Positions 14,917-27,699 of a stretch of DNA of 64,000 nucleotides are shown in pieces; position 1 is the first letter of the stretch; every line of letters begins with the position of its first letter. The notes below the pieces were generated by a model. That model was not told where the DNA came from, made no database searches, and saw only the letters and a program-made list of their open reading frames with translations. Origin of the DNA: Anthoceros angustus (lineage: Eukaryota > Plantae > Anthocerotophyta); assembly GCA_010909165.1 (NCBI GenBank), contig MU008212.1:62001-126000 (forward strand). Direction: 5' to 3'. Position numbers and translations under genes: made by a program.

Positions 14917-15041
14917 CCCTTCCAGTCTGTGAACTGTAGATGCCTGAAGAGAAAAAGACATAGGCTGGCTGGCAACAAAACACCATTTTCCACAACAACA
15001 TCTGAGGACTCGGGCCTCACCCGTAAGCCCCATCCTCTCTG

Positions 15042-18000
15042 TCATATTTTTGGCTTGAAGTATTGTTGATAGTGAATCAGCCCAAGACCCTGCATGTGTT
15101 TGAGGTGCTTGTCTTTAGGTAGGGCCTTTGTTAGAATGTCTGCTGTGTTGTTCTCAGTGGGCACATAGAGAATTTTAACTAGCCCCCTCTCAGCAGCATC
15201 CCTAACATAGTGGTGGTGTACTTCTATGTGTTTTGTACGAGCGTGGAATCGAGGGTTAGCGACAAGGGCGATGGCAGACTGGTTGTCACAGTAAAGGTGA
15301 GTAGGTCCAGTTTGTGTTTGCCCGAGGTCATGCAGGAAAGACCGCTCCCATTCCACCTCTTTAGTAGCATCGGTTAAGGACTTATATTCGGCCTCTGTGC
15401 TTGATAGAGCGATGCTAGTCTGCTTCTTGCAGCTCCAATTAATGGTGGCTTGAGCAAGAAGGAAGGCATAAGTGGACAAGCTTTTCCGTGAGTCACTGTC
15501 AGAGGCCCAATCAGCATCTGTGAAGCCTTCAAGTGTCAGGTGAGAATGTCCTCCACTCTTGTAGCATAGGCCAATATAGTGAGAGCCCTTAAGATAGCGA
15601 AATATTCTTTTCACAAAGAATGAGAACCACCGATTATCCAAGAACCGCTGGACACTTTACTAACCGAATGTCTTTGGATATCGTAGCGTCAATTACTCAC
15701 GAAGAGCGTGACTACTAGCCTCACGATATGGAACATCCTGCATTTCCTTTTTGTCATCATCTGTTACAGGACATTCATATCTGGTGAGTTTTGCCCCTAC
15801 AGCACCTGGTGTGGAAGCAGGATGGGCTTGTCGCATGTTGAACTTGTGAAGAATCTCCGCTATGTACTTGTGTTGATGTATGATCAGTAAGCCTTCTGAC
15901 CTTACCCTCAACACTTGGATTCCAAGGCAGAACAGGAGATCACCACTGTCGGTCATCTCAAAAACTTGTTGTAACATTGTCTTTACGTGTGACAGGATAG
16001 CAGAGTTGCTAGCTGCAAGGATAACGTCATCGACGTAAAGAGCAAGGATAACGTATGCAGACCTGTCTCGGTACATGTAAACATTCGAATCAGCCTTACA
16101 CTGCTCGAAACCCAAGGACTTCAGGGCAGTATCACACCTCTTATACCAACGTTCTGCACTCTGTTTTAAACCGTACAGGCATTTTATGAGTAAGCAGACG
16201 TAGTCTGGGTGTGCAGGATCTTCGTAACCTTCAGGCTGCTCCATATAGAGTTCTTCTTCAAGAATCCCATGGAGGAAGGCTGTGCATACGTCCATCTGTT
16301 GCAATTCCAGGTCATACTCTACAGCGAGAGCGAGAATAATCCGGATGGACTGTGCACGAACAACCGAGGAGAATGTTTCCTGGTAGTCGAGTCCTGCCAC
16401 TTGTGTAAACCCTCTGGCGCAGAGGCGAGCTTTATACCTAGCTATGTGGCTTTCTGTATTCAATTTGTGCTTGAACACCCATTTACATGTGATTGGCTTT
16501 CTGTTTTTAGGCCTGGGAACAAGTTGCCGTCGTTCGTCATCAAGTCATATACTCATCGTCAATCGCATACCATTCCACTTCTTGTCCTTGTCGAGACCTG
16601 TGAAAGGCCTCTCAGGAGACCTGAGGGTTCTCGAGGCACAGATCCTGGGAGCAAAAGAGATGAAGCGGCCTTCCGTGACTAAAATCACCGGCGCGGCATA
16701 TGAGGCTCCTTCCCTCGAGATGGTGGAGGTCTCTCTGTGCCTGGGAGGAACTAATGAGTCACATCATCTGCAGACTTTCTTGAAGCGGATGGGTCAGCAG
16801 TGCGTGTCGGTTCAAGGGAGTGTAAAAGTCCTCCCTCCTCATCGTATGTTTATCCATCCTCTACAAGCATATGGACCTTCCACTAGTTCTAAGTAATCAT
16901 CTCCATTTTCAACATCCTGTCCCACATGATCAAGATCTAAATTTTCCACATCTGCTGCAGGTGCCAAGGGAACATTAGGGTCATCATTGGGATCACCAGC
17001 AACCGGTAGTGGATTAACAGGACCTGGTCCTGGATTTTCTGCAGCCGCATTTGGAGCTATTCCATCAACATCCATGGGGTACAAGGAGATAATACCAGGG
17101 GCTTCCTCAATAGCGTCCTCAGAATCCTCCGTCTGCTCAAAAGGATCAAGTGGCTCATCTCTCATTGGGGCCGACTGGAGGGATTCTAGAAAAGTAACAC
17201 TCCTTGCAAGAACAAAGGTTTTGGCGGATCACCGGGCTTTGTATGCTTTGGCGTTTCATAATCTACCACGAATAAAGGCGCTTTGAAGCGATTGTCTAAC
17301 TTGGTACGCTTTTAGCGAGGAATGGCGTGCTTTGGAGCCAAAAACCCTGAGATGGAGAAGACTTGGCTTTCGTTTCCAAAACAGCTCAAAAGGTGTCTTG
17401 GAAGCAAGGAACCAGTGGGCGATCGTATTCGGGATAATTGAGGTAACACACGCCTAATAAGGTGAAGAGGCGTGCCAGCATTGCTCGAGTCATGCCCATC
17501 AAGGTTTGATTTTTACGTTCAGCAACCCCATTTTGCTGCTGCGTGTAGGGCACAATTAGCTGATGGATGATTCCCTGATCAGTGAAGAGGTTTTCAAAAA
17601 TCGACAATTGTCCATTGTCGATCTCGAAGATCTTGAGAAGACTTTGTTTGGCGTGTACCGTGATCAACCGGAGCAGGAAAGTTTCATTCTTCCTTTTCAT
17701 GGGGAAAGTCCAGGCAAACCTCGTAACGTGCAGATAGTAAAGTAATAACTGCCTCCAAGTGAAGAACAGGCGGCGGAGATGTGCTGCATGTACCACCTTC
17801 GAGGATGTGAGGATCTGGTGGTCACATGGGGAAAGATCGTTCCTTTTGTTTGGCTAGGGCACAGGTCTCACAAATAGGAAGCTCCTTCAAACAGGTAGGG
17901 AGGGGCTCTCTGTAGCAGTCACTTTTACTAAGGGATGCGAGGACCTTGCGATTTAAATGGCCAAGACGTGCATGCCAGAGGATAGACTGCTGCTGAGCAG

Positions 18001-19435
18001 ACAGGTTTCCTACACTTGTAGAATTAGCTTGCTGGTTACCTCCAGGGAGGCAGGTAAAGTCCAGACGATAGAGGTCATGCTCAGGCAGAGCACGAAAGAT
18101 GCACACTGAAGGTGAGTCTGTCCTCGAAAAACAGCAGGAGCCTTCGTGAGCAGTTAGCTGGAAACTCCTGAGTTTGAGAAGTCTACTTAAGGACAGCAAG
18201 TTTTTAGCCATGCTTGGGACATACAAAACTTCTGTCAAGGTTAGTGTAGACCCATCACTTAGCCTGAATGTACAGGATCCATGTCCTAAAATTTGCAGGC
18301 TAGTGGTATTACGTTCATCACCTAAGTACACCCTATCTTTGCTAGAAGAGGGAGTTAGTGATGTGAAGAGGGACTCATCCCGGCATATGTGAGCGTAGCC
18401 TGTAATCCGCATACTGCTATCACCGTGAGGGTAGACAAAGCAAAGCTCAAGGAATCTTGGACCATCGGCTTGTTGGAATCTGTCTTGTCTCTGTAACAAA
18501 GATCGGCGGTGGAGCGGGAGGCTTGCGTAATTCTCAAATTTCTTTTTTCCTACATTCGATTAGCCATCAATGGCTGTGAATACCGCACCCGATGGTTACG
18601 ATGCGTTTGGATGAAGGGCGCATCGCATCACGTTGACCCCCCTCATGATCTCCAGATCCCCAGTGTGGAAGACCTCAGATCCGCATTTTTCCTTTCGTGC
18701 GTGCTCGTCTACGGAGAAAGCCGTTAGCATCAGCCGCCTTTGGTTTTTCGGACCGACAAGAGCCGACTTTGCTCTTCCTGGAAGAGGGCCCCTATCACCT
18801 CGTCTAAGGTGAGAGTGGTGGCACGCCTGCCAGCCTCCGTACCATGGCCGTCGATGGGAACATTATGTGCGAATAATGTGCAATCGGGTGGCAGGCTAGT
18901 GAGCAGTTGAGCAATCACGTCCACCTCATCCATCACAGTACCAAGAGAGGTAAGTTGAGCTCGAAGGTGTCTGAAGCTACTGGGTATGAGCAATGAGCGC
19001 CACTTGTCTCCTTCGCATCAGCCATAGAACTCATACACGGAAGTATGAGGAGTAAGGACATTATTGGGATCCTTATAATCGACTTCTAGTTGTGACTAGA
19101 TCTCGCTGGCCTTGGTAAGGAATTCTATCTGTGGTATTAGGTCCTCAGCCAAGCCAGAGACAAGGAGGGCAATTCCAATGCTATTAGCATGGGTCCACTT
19201 GTCTTTCTCTCCCGTGAGAGATGTAGATGGTGGCTAACTCTAGAATGAACTTACTCCACAGCCAACCGTACCCTCTAGCCAAGAGTGTGGACTTCATCCT
19301 AACTCGCACATTAATTATACTTGAATTGAACATCGGGTTTTCTTTTTCTTTTAGATCTGAAGTGAAGACAGGATTAAATGATCCAGGAGGTGCAGGTGGG
19401 GGAGGAGGATTAGGAGGCAGGGGGTTTTGAGACAT
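15042..19435 (-). pseudogene. Copia gag-pol (gag, protease, integrase, RT, RNase H), broken by frameshifts
   Basis: Gag LLTSLPP; WHARLGH; integrase QQNGVAERKN; RT KARLCARGFTQ, LYGLKQS, LYVDDV; RNase H DADWASD..RKS, STEAEY, CDNQSA, RTKHIEV, ADILTK. Confidence 0.95.
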
Positions 19436-20588
19436 GTTGACTAATGTCCTTCTGTGCCTATGCAGGACTGCAACTGTGGAGACACAATCACACCAAGAGA
19501 CACAACAGGGGGGGCTACACGAAATGACATGTTAATATCGAAACGCTACCCTGAACAGGTAATTAGATGAAACCCTAATCTTAATATGCCTTTTCACAGG
19601 AACAGGAACCCTAACTGTCAAAGCCCGAATTTTTAGGAGTGGGCAGCAGGGTTGGAAGAAACATCCCATTGCAGTCGTAGAAATCGGTGTGGTCCTATGG
19701 GCTCACGAGATCAGTGGTGTTTTCACCTCGGGAAGAGGGAGCCCGTGTGCGCCCATTGATTCCCCGTGTAATTGGAGTGAGTACAAGCCCAATTATGAAT
19801 TTTGCACTGTAGATTGCCGACCTTGTATGGCTTAACCTCGGAGCAATGTCTTCTCAAGGCTGTTTATACGTTCCACTAAGTATCTGTGAGCACCAGCGAT
19901 CTCTGGCAATTGTGAATAGTCAATTTCCACAATGATGTCCAATTTGTGTTTTAAGTGCGGCCACGGCGGTGGAATCATGCAACCTGATCGCTGTGCGTGC
20001 CTGCAGGTGTGAGGCCACGTGCTTAGGGTGACCTCGCCCCCGTGAAGACATTTGCATAGATTAGGCCCTTAGAAAATATAATCATATTTTTCCAGAGTTC
20101 TGTAACTGATAATTGTGTGCAGGAGGGGCAATCTGGACTTGAGCAGACTTCTGCAATTATTAGAAAATAATTGTGTGACTTTGCTCGAGTACCGTTTCCT
20201 TCTCCTTTACACCAATTTCAGATTTTAATGAAATTATCTGTTCAATTACTGAAGTTCCTCATGCGATTGCACATGAAATACGTCATGCTATAACGCAAAT
20301 GAATTTGATAGGATCGGAGGTTCGCATCGCAGGGCTTTTCCAAACTCTACTTATTTAATCCCTTGTATGGCTAATACAATGGCGACTTCATCATAGTTGC
20401 CATTAGGCGTTAGATGATACCAATCCATCAACCGTAATAAAACATCCATAGCCTCAATCCAAAAGAGACAAGCATGAGAATATTTTTTATTCCATTGCCT
20501 CCTAGATAAAGTATCCTAGCCGCTGATGCAGTCTCCTGTCATCTATCTGGACAAGGTGATCATCCAAGAAAGCGTAGCTACGATACCA

Positions 20589-20800
20589 TGTTCTGGTTGA
20601 ACCATGGTGAGTGTGCAAGGAAGGAGGAACATGATCCGATTAAGAATACAAAACAATGAACTACAAAAATAGTGTCTCGAGTATGTTTGATATACTAAGC
20701 ACCTATGCAACCTTTCGCTAGACACCCCTTCACTAAATAACCATAACTAACCTCCGAGGTTGGAAACCTGCTTTGCTGGTAAGATTAAACCCTCTCAACG
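20589..20800 (-). repeat. Third, indel-rich LTR copy within a ~2-kb duplicated block (about 20195-22295 versus 22296-23830)
   Basis: Same LTR text with scattered indels, preceded by gatacca and followed by the same flank as the 22676 LTR. Confidence 0.85.
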
Positions 20801-22675
20801 GTCGCGCCTCGCCCAAGCGATTTGGGACTCGGCTCAATCTCAATCTCGCGCACGGCATACCGCAAGATAGAATAATTCGTCAAGGTTTACGAATAACAAA
20901 TTCGACATATAATCTATAAACAGCTGCGAGTCAACACAAGGAGAGCGATTCTCGAGCTCTCCTCCTCCGATCTCCATACACTGGCGAATGCTCGGGTCGA
21001 CGCGCGGTCGGTCCAGAAACATTCTTCTCCTCGTAACGCGACAGTACGCCTACGATTGATGGAGGTTGATGTAGCACTCCTCAATCGTATCCAAATTGGT
21101 TAGGCCACTGGCGGCCATACACCATCAGTGGATGTTCTCCTCTTAGCCCATTGCAGGAATCCACCACAAGGATTGAGTTGCCTGAAACAAGTGAACTAGG
21201 GCATCTCAAAATCTCCTCCGGGCGGCCCCTGTGCTGCTTTGCCTTCTTGCCTTCTCCTCCTAAAGGCGACCTTGGCTGAGGGCCGCCTTCCTTGCCTTTC
21301 CCTGCTCGAGTCATGGCGCGCCTTCGAATTTTGCTCCCCAAACCGCCCTCCCTGCCACTTACAGGCGAGCAAACCCTCTCAGGCCTCGCGCCCGTCCCAA
21401 GCGAATGTTGGGACTCGGTTCAACTTGTGAATGGGCTCGGGCACCGGGATAGAATTGTCAAGGTTTACGAATAACAAATTCGACATATAATCTATAAACA
21501 ACTGTCTGGTCAACACAAGGAGAGCGATTCCTGAGCTCTCCTCCTCCGATCTCCATACTCGGCGACCGACCGGCCCGAACGCGGATCGGGCCCAGCATTC
21601 TTCTCCTCGACAAGGGCGCCTCGATTGATGGAGGTTGATGTAGCACTCCTCAATCGGATCCAAATTGGTAGGCCCATTGGCGGCCATACACCATCCCAAT
21701 TGGATGTTCTCCTCTTAGCCCATTGCAAATCCACCAAAAGGGGGATTGAGTTGCCTGCGAAACAAGTGAACTAGGGCATCTCAAAATCTCCTCGGGCGGC
21801 CCCGCTTGCCTTCTTGCCTTTTCCTCCTCCTAAAGGCGAGCCCTTGGCGGGCCGCCTTCCTTGCCTTTCCCTGCCGAGTCATGGCGCGGTAGCCTCGAAT
21901 TTTGCTCCCCAAACACGCCCTACTTGCCACGGGCGGCACAAAACCACTCTCGAGACACAATTGTAAGCGTTAGGCCCGGGCTGACGTGCCAATTTTCCCA
22001 AGAGTCCTCCTTCGGGAAAGGCACCGTCGGTAAGGGTCAAGTGCTCCTCCTCACGCCCTCTCTCTTCCACTGTGCGAGGCTACAGGCCCGGTGCCTCCTG
22101 TCCTTGACCTCCGCTTCCAGCACTCGCGATGCTTAGCGCGCTCCTCACAACTTCACAGTGCTCGAAAAGCTCGTCCCGGGCCTCAGGCGCTTGGTGCCTC
22201 CTCTTCTCCTCCGCTTAGCTAGTTTTCCTCTTCTGCCCGCGCGTCTTCCTCTTGTTCGCAAGTAGCGGCGGCGGCGATGGCGATAAAGCGACCCTCCCTT
22301 TCCTTCTCCTTTACACCAATTTCAGATTTTAATGAAATTATCTGTTCAATTACTGAAGTTCCTCATGCGATTGCACATGAAATACGTCATGCTATAACGC
22401 AGCGGAATTTGATAGGATCGGAGGTTCAGATCGAGGCTTTTCCAAACTCTACGATTTAACCTCTGTGGCGACACAATGGCGACTTCATCATAGTTGCCAT
22501 TAGACGTTAGATGATACCAATCCATCAACCAGAATAAAACATCCATAGCCTCAATCCAAAAGACATATGAGAATATTTTTTTATTCCATTGCCTTCCGAG
22601 ATAGAAGTATCTAGCCGTTGATGCAGGTCTGGTCATCATCTACGCGTGATCATCAAGAGCAGAGCTCTGATACCA

Positions 22676-22882
22676 TGTTCGGGTTGAACCATGGTCAGAG
22701 TGTGCAAGGAAGGAGGAACATGATCTGATTAAGAATACAAAACAATGAATACAAAAATAGTGTCTGAGTATGTTTGATATACTAAGCACCTATGCAACCC
22801 TTCGCTAGACACCCCTTCACTAAATAACCATAACTAACCCTGAGGTTGAACCCTAAGCGAGTAAGATTAAACCCTCTCAACA
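22676..22882 (-). repeat. 5' LTR of the copia element
   Basis: Preceded on + by gctctgatacca (PBS) and followed by the TSD gtctc. Confidence 0.95.
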
Positions 22883-22887
22883 GTCTC

Positions 22888-23880
22888 TGGCGCCTCGTCC
22901 AAGCGAACTGGTTGGGACTCCGGTTCAACTTCAGCAATGGGCTCGGGCATACTGGATAGAATTGTCAAGGTTTCTGAATAACAAATTCGACATATAATCT
23001 ATAAACACTGTCTGGTCAACACAAGGAGAGCGATTCCTGAGCTCTCCTCCTCCGGTCTCCATACTCGGCGACCGACCGGCCCGAACGCGGATCGGGCCCA
23101 GCATTCTTCTCCTCGACAAGGGCGCCTCGATTGATGGAGGTTGATGTAGCACTCCTCAATCGGATCCAAATTGGTAGGCCCATTGGCGGCCATACACCAT
23201 CCCAATTGGATGTTCTCCTCTTAGCCCATTGCAAATCCACCAAAAGGGGGATTGAGTTGCCCTGCGAAACAAGTGAACTAGGGCATCTCAAAATCTCCTC
23301 CGCCTGGCGGCGCGGCCCCCGCTTGCCTTCTTGCCTTTTCCTCCTCCTAAAGACGAGCCCTTGGCGGGGGCCGCCTTCCCCTTGCCTTTCCCTGCTCGAG
23401 TCATGGCGCCGGTAGCCTCAGAATTTTGCTCCCAAACACGCCTCCTACTTGCCACGGGCGACAAAACCACTCCTGAGACACAATTGCAACGTTAGGCCTG
23501 GCGACGCTTCCCCGCTGTTGCCAATTTTCCCCAAGAGTCCTCCTTCCAGGGAAAGGCACCGTCAGCGAAGTGGTCGCGGTGCTCCTCCTCACGCCCTCTC
23601 TTCCACAATCGCGAGGCTCGCCCAACCCGTGCCTCCCTCGACTCCTCCGCTTCAAAGACTCGCGATGTAGCGCGCTCCTCACAACTTCACGGATTCAAAG
23701 CTCGCCGGGCCTCGGGGGCGCTTGGTGCCTTCCTCCTCCTTCTCCTCCTCTGCTCGCTCGGCTGCGCCGTCTTCCTCTTGTTCGCAAGTAGCGGCGGCGG
23801 CGATGGCGATGGCCTCCTTCTCCTTCTTCTTCCTCTTCGCTCCGGCTTGATTGTCCGAAGTGAAGGTGGTAATACTCGCA
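22888..23880 (-). mobile_element. Degenerate unknown TE-like coding region that hosts the copia insertion (continues at ~13740-14087)
   Basis: Frameshifted E/K/R-rich reading frames on the minus strand, joined across the GTCTC TSD; family not recognised. Confidence 0.35.
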
Positions 23881-24864
23881 CACCTTAGTTATTTTGCCAC
23901 CGGCGTCTCAACCCTAGATTGGATTAATCTAAAATACCTATTGGCGGGCATATATAGTGGATATACCCCTCTCCTAATCTCCCTTTGAGCCGAGACGATC
24001 CCTCGTGGAGTGTGTGAATTTGTGTCTAGGGACCGTGAGGTCCACATTCACCCTCAATGTCGTGTAGGATTCGCTCCCAAGAGAATGGTTTGTGCCAAGG
24101 ACGCTAACTCTATCGCCATCGACCTTCGCCTAAGTCAGGACTTACCTGCTATCACTCCTCTTACCTATCTACTCAACTACTACTACCTCCTGACGTGTCC
24201 AACTACCCTAGATCTTATTCCCCGACCACAGGTCTTATTCCACAACCCCCGTTCCCGAGCTACTACCGCGGTGGCTCTCACCACTACCGGGTAGTTGGTA
24301 CGGCAACCGCGGTGGGTCCCACGCCAAACCCTAGCAACTTATTTCACAAGACGGCTGCATGGATCTCGCCATGGGCGCCACCACCGCCACGACCAAACTT
24401 ATTTTGCACTCCACACTTCATGCACACACACCGATTCCTAGGGACCAAAGTTCCACAGGATCCCTCACACGCCACACACACACACAAAGGCGCCACCTCA
24501 CACAATTCCACAAGGAATCTGTTTCCTCTTGTGCACACTTCCACCAACAAGACCGGTTTGGATTCTTTGATCCACACAAATCTCCACCGTTAGTTTCTCA
24601 ATTAGTTCTCCTTCTCAACTCCTCTTACACCTCGTGATCGCGCATGTTGTTCACCACCCTTCACCCAATCTTCTCTCTCTCTCCTCGCTTCCACCCACAC
24701 ACACACACTCTCTCAATTTCGAACACAACCAATGTGAAAAGGGTAAGGAAAGAAGAACCCCCAGCAGGGCGCAGCAAGCTCCACCCGCGCCAATCCCTCA
24801 ATTTTCCTCCTCCTTTGTCGAGGAACGCTCTATCACCCTCCCCCACTGGGCAGCAAGCCTCGAC

Positions 24865-26865
24865 CACCCCTAGGAGCGCCTCACACACCACCACACCTGG
24901 ACGCTCCAACCAGCCACAGCATGGGGATCTCAACCAGAGTTATCTCGATGAGGGGCACAACCAAGCTCTTTATACAATTGCGCCATAGCCACTAGACTTT
25001 CTAGTGTCCTAAAACGGCCGAACGCCAAGAGGCGCCTACACTGGACGGCCTTAGGTCCAAGATGGCATCCTACCTCATCCTAAAGTTCTATTCTAGGATG
25101 CCACTACTCCCCGCCCATGTTATCTCCGCCCCTTCTCCGATTTGGTCGCTCGGCCCTTCGTCCTGCTGAATTTATGGGTCCTCCTTCCTCGGTCGGTCAT
25201 CCGAAAATCCTCCCATAAACTCTCCACCGCTTTTCCATGATCCCAAGTCCCAGCCTCCTCACCAATCCTCCACTTGACCTCCAATGGTCCATATTTGGCC
25301 ATTGGGCTACCGAAATTTCCGCGCAACCTTGGCGCCATGCTCGCAGAAACCTCATCGCCCACACCGAATTGCCGACTCGCCTCGCCCCAACTTGGTCCCC
25401 CCTGGTTTCTTCCTTCCAACCGCGAGCTCCCGCCGCCACTGTGGCTCGCCTTCATACCGCCGAGCTCATGCCTCGCTGGGTTCGAGCCACCTCCGCCGCG
25501 CCTGGGCCTTTCCGAGTTCCCTTAGGGTTATATTTCCCGAAATTCTACCGGCCGCGGCTTGACCGCCACTTCTCCTTCCACGACCGCCTCCTAGTTCGCC
25601 AACCGCTCAAACATAGTCCCCAAGACACCCACACCCACACACCGCTCAACTACCGCCCGGGTTCGACCTCTAGCCTATGGACTTGGAACCTCCAAATATG
25701 GGGACCCCTCCCCATATATATAGGCTTTTTATTAAATATTCCAAGACCAAAGGCCAAGGAGTATCGAGTTCATAGTCCAAGGACCGATTATTATTTAACC
25801 CAAACCCCAAAACTCATAGGCCAAGGACACTTTCTACTATAAATATCCCTTCTACTCATAACCTAGCTCTTCTTGACACCAAACTTACAAAAATCACTCA
25901 AAGACACAATCCAGGGAGTTTCCAAATACTAGATCGTTTACCTAACCAGTGTCTTCCGACACAGCGGTAGTATGATCCTCTCTCGACCTACGGCGTGGTG
26001 GCGACCTCTGATGATCACGCCACCTACCGCCCCTTCAGGCTTCTGCTTACTTTAGAGTCGTTTTGACTGTTCTTCTCCCTAAAGATCCTCCCTACCTTCC
26101 TATCAGTATCCTAGCTTGACTAAAAGAATTTGGAAAAGCTTCGGCATGTTTCCTCCCAATCATTTTTAGCCAAAAAAAAATCGGATCCGTTCCACCACCG
26201 GCTCGTTTGGGCTGGTTGCCCAAACTTTTGCATTCCACACACACCTAGGAGCGTCTCACGCACACCACCTCAAATCAATCGACGTCTCCACCAGCCTGAG
26301 GCAGTGGGATCTCAACCGAGAATTATCGATGTGAGGCACAACCAAGCCCTTTGCTCACGGTTGGGGCGTCATAGCACGCTAAATTTCTAGATCCTAAGCG
26401 GGCGGAAGGCAGACGCCCCTACAATTTGACGGCCTTAGGTCGAGGATGGCATCCTATCCGCAGTTCTGTTCCCTGGGATGCCACTACTACTAACTCCCCG
26501 CCACGTTATCTTAACCTCCTCCCGCCCCGATTTGGTCGCTGGCCCTCAAATCCTCTCACCCCCATGGGCCCTCCTTCCTCGTCGCTAGTCTGGTAAATCC
26601 TCCCATTAAATGTCCACCTCGCTGCGCCCATACACCTCGCTAACCAACTCCATATCCCAATCCTGTGGTCTTTCCTTGATTCCTTCCCCTTGTGATTTAG
26701 CCTTCAGCTGGCGAGCACACTCCTGCACCAGACTTGGGTTCACATAGTTCCACCGTTTTTCCATGAACCCAAGTCCGAGCTCACCAATTCTCCAGCTCGG
26801 ACCCTCCAATGGTCCATATTGGGCCATTGGGCAGTCGAAATTTCCGCCGCGGCCTTGGGCGCCAT
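24865..26865. repeat. Diverged direct repeat pair (about 24865-25338 and 26244-26865) of an unclassified element
   Basis: Shared cctaggagcg...gggatctcaacc...ccaatggtccatatt.ggccattgggc...ccttgg(g)cgccat. Confidence 0.75.
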
Positions 26866-27400
26866 CCCTACTAGAAAAGGGCACCCTATGTTACAGTGGA
26901 TGTTGCAATTTTTTGTTACACTTCCACATTGCAACATGTTTTGGAGGGTTGGTATTAAGTTTGTTAGTTACATCCCGTTTGGTGCGCCATCTTAACACGA
27001 CACTATCTCTTCCCCCTCCCCTTCTGGTACACCCCTCTCTCACAAGCATTGTTAATAATTTCCACTTCCAACTTCCGGCATGGTTTGATGGCTTGGTGTT
27101 AAGTTGGTCCATTCTTTCTCTTCCTTCTCCCACCATCCTAACACAATGCTTGGTCTCTCACTTCATGTACCACTTCAAAATTGCAACACTTTATGGTGGC
27201 TTGGTGTTCAAGGTGTCCTTTTCTTATCCACTTCTCACCCCATCTTAACACAATACTTGGTCTCTCTCCTCTCACCTCACCCTCCTATTTATTGCCCCTT
27301 ATCACACCCTTTTATACTCTTTCACTTCTCCTCCTCCTTCATGGTATGAGAAGGACCTCCCCTATCACACCATTTTATACTCTTCCACTATTCCTCTTTC
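26866..27400 (+). mobile_element. CACTA-like element end (CCCTACTAGAAAAGG) with subterminal repeats
   Basis: Abruptly interrupts the repeat above. The same terminus recurs at 44513. Recurring ttgcaaca..ggcttggt.ttaag..catcttaacac units. Confidence 0.65.
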
Positions 27401-27699
27401 AACTTGCTTGTTACAATGACCTCTCTCTTGGGCTGTCCTTCCTTCCTTTTACCTCCTTTGCATATACTCAATATACATATATATGTTTGTAGGCTTCAAG
27501 ACATAAGTATGTATGCGTTATATGTACACATCCATCTGTTATACTTCTATTATATTAGTGTATTTACAGCCTCTTTGTATACGTATATGCGTGCGTATAT
27601 AGGCATCAAGACTTGTTTATATAATAATATATATGTGCTAACCCTTACGTCACTCTCATACCTTACATATCTAAGTGTTTGATTTTATTGACAATTTAA

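Larger units (their letters stand above)
14093..22882 (-). mobile_element. Ty1/copia LTR retrotransposon with TSD GTCTC; the 5' end appears duplicated in the assembly (extra LTR at 20589-20800)
   Basis: 207-bp TG...CA LTRs at 14093-14299 and 22676-22882 look identical. GTCTC flanks both ends (14088-14092 and 22883-22887). PBS TGGTATCAGAGC at 22664-22675 (minus). PPT next to 14300. Confidence 0.95.

Noticed and set aside
25990-26025. CTGATGA as a hammerhead ribozyme core
   Set aside because: No correctly placed GAAA or three-helix junction.
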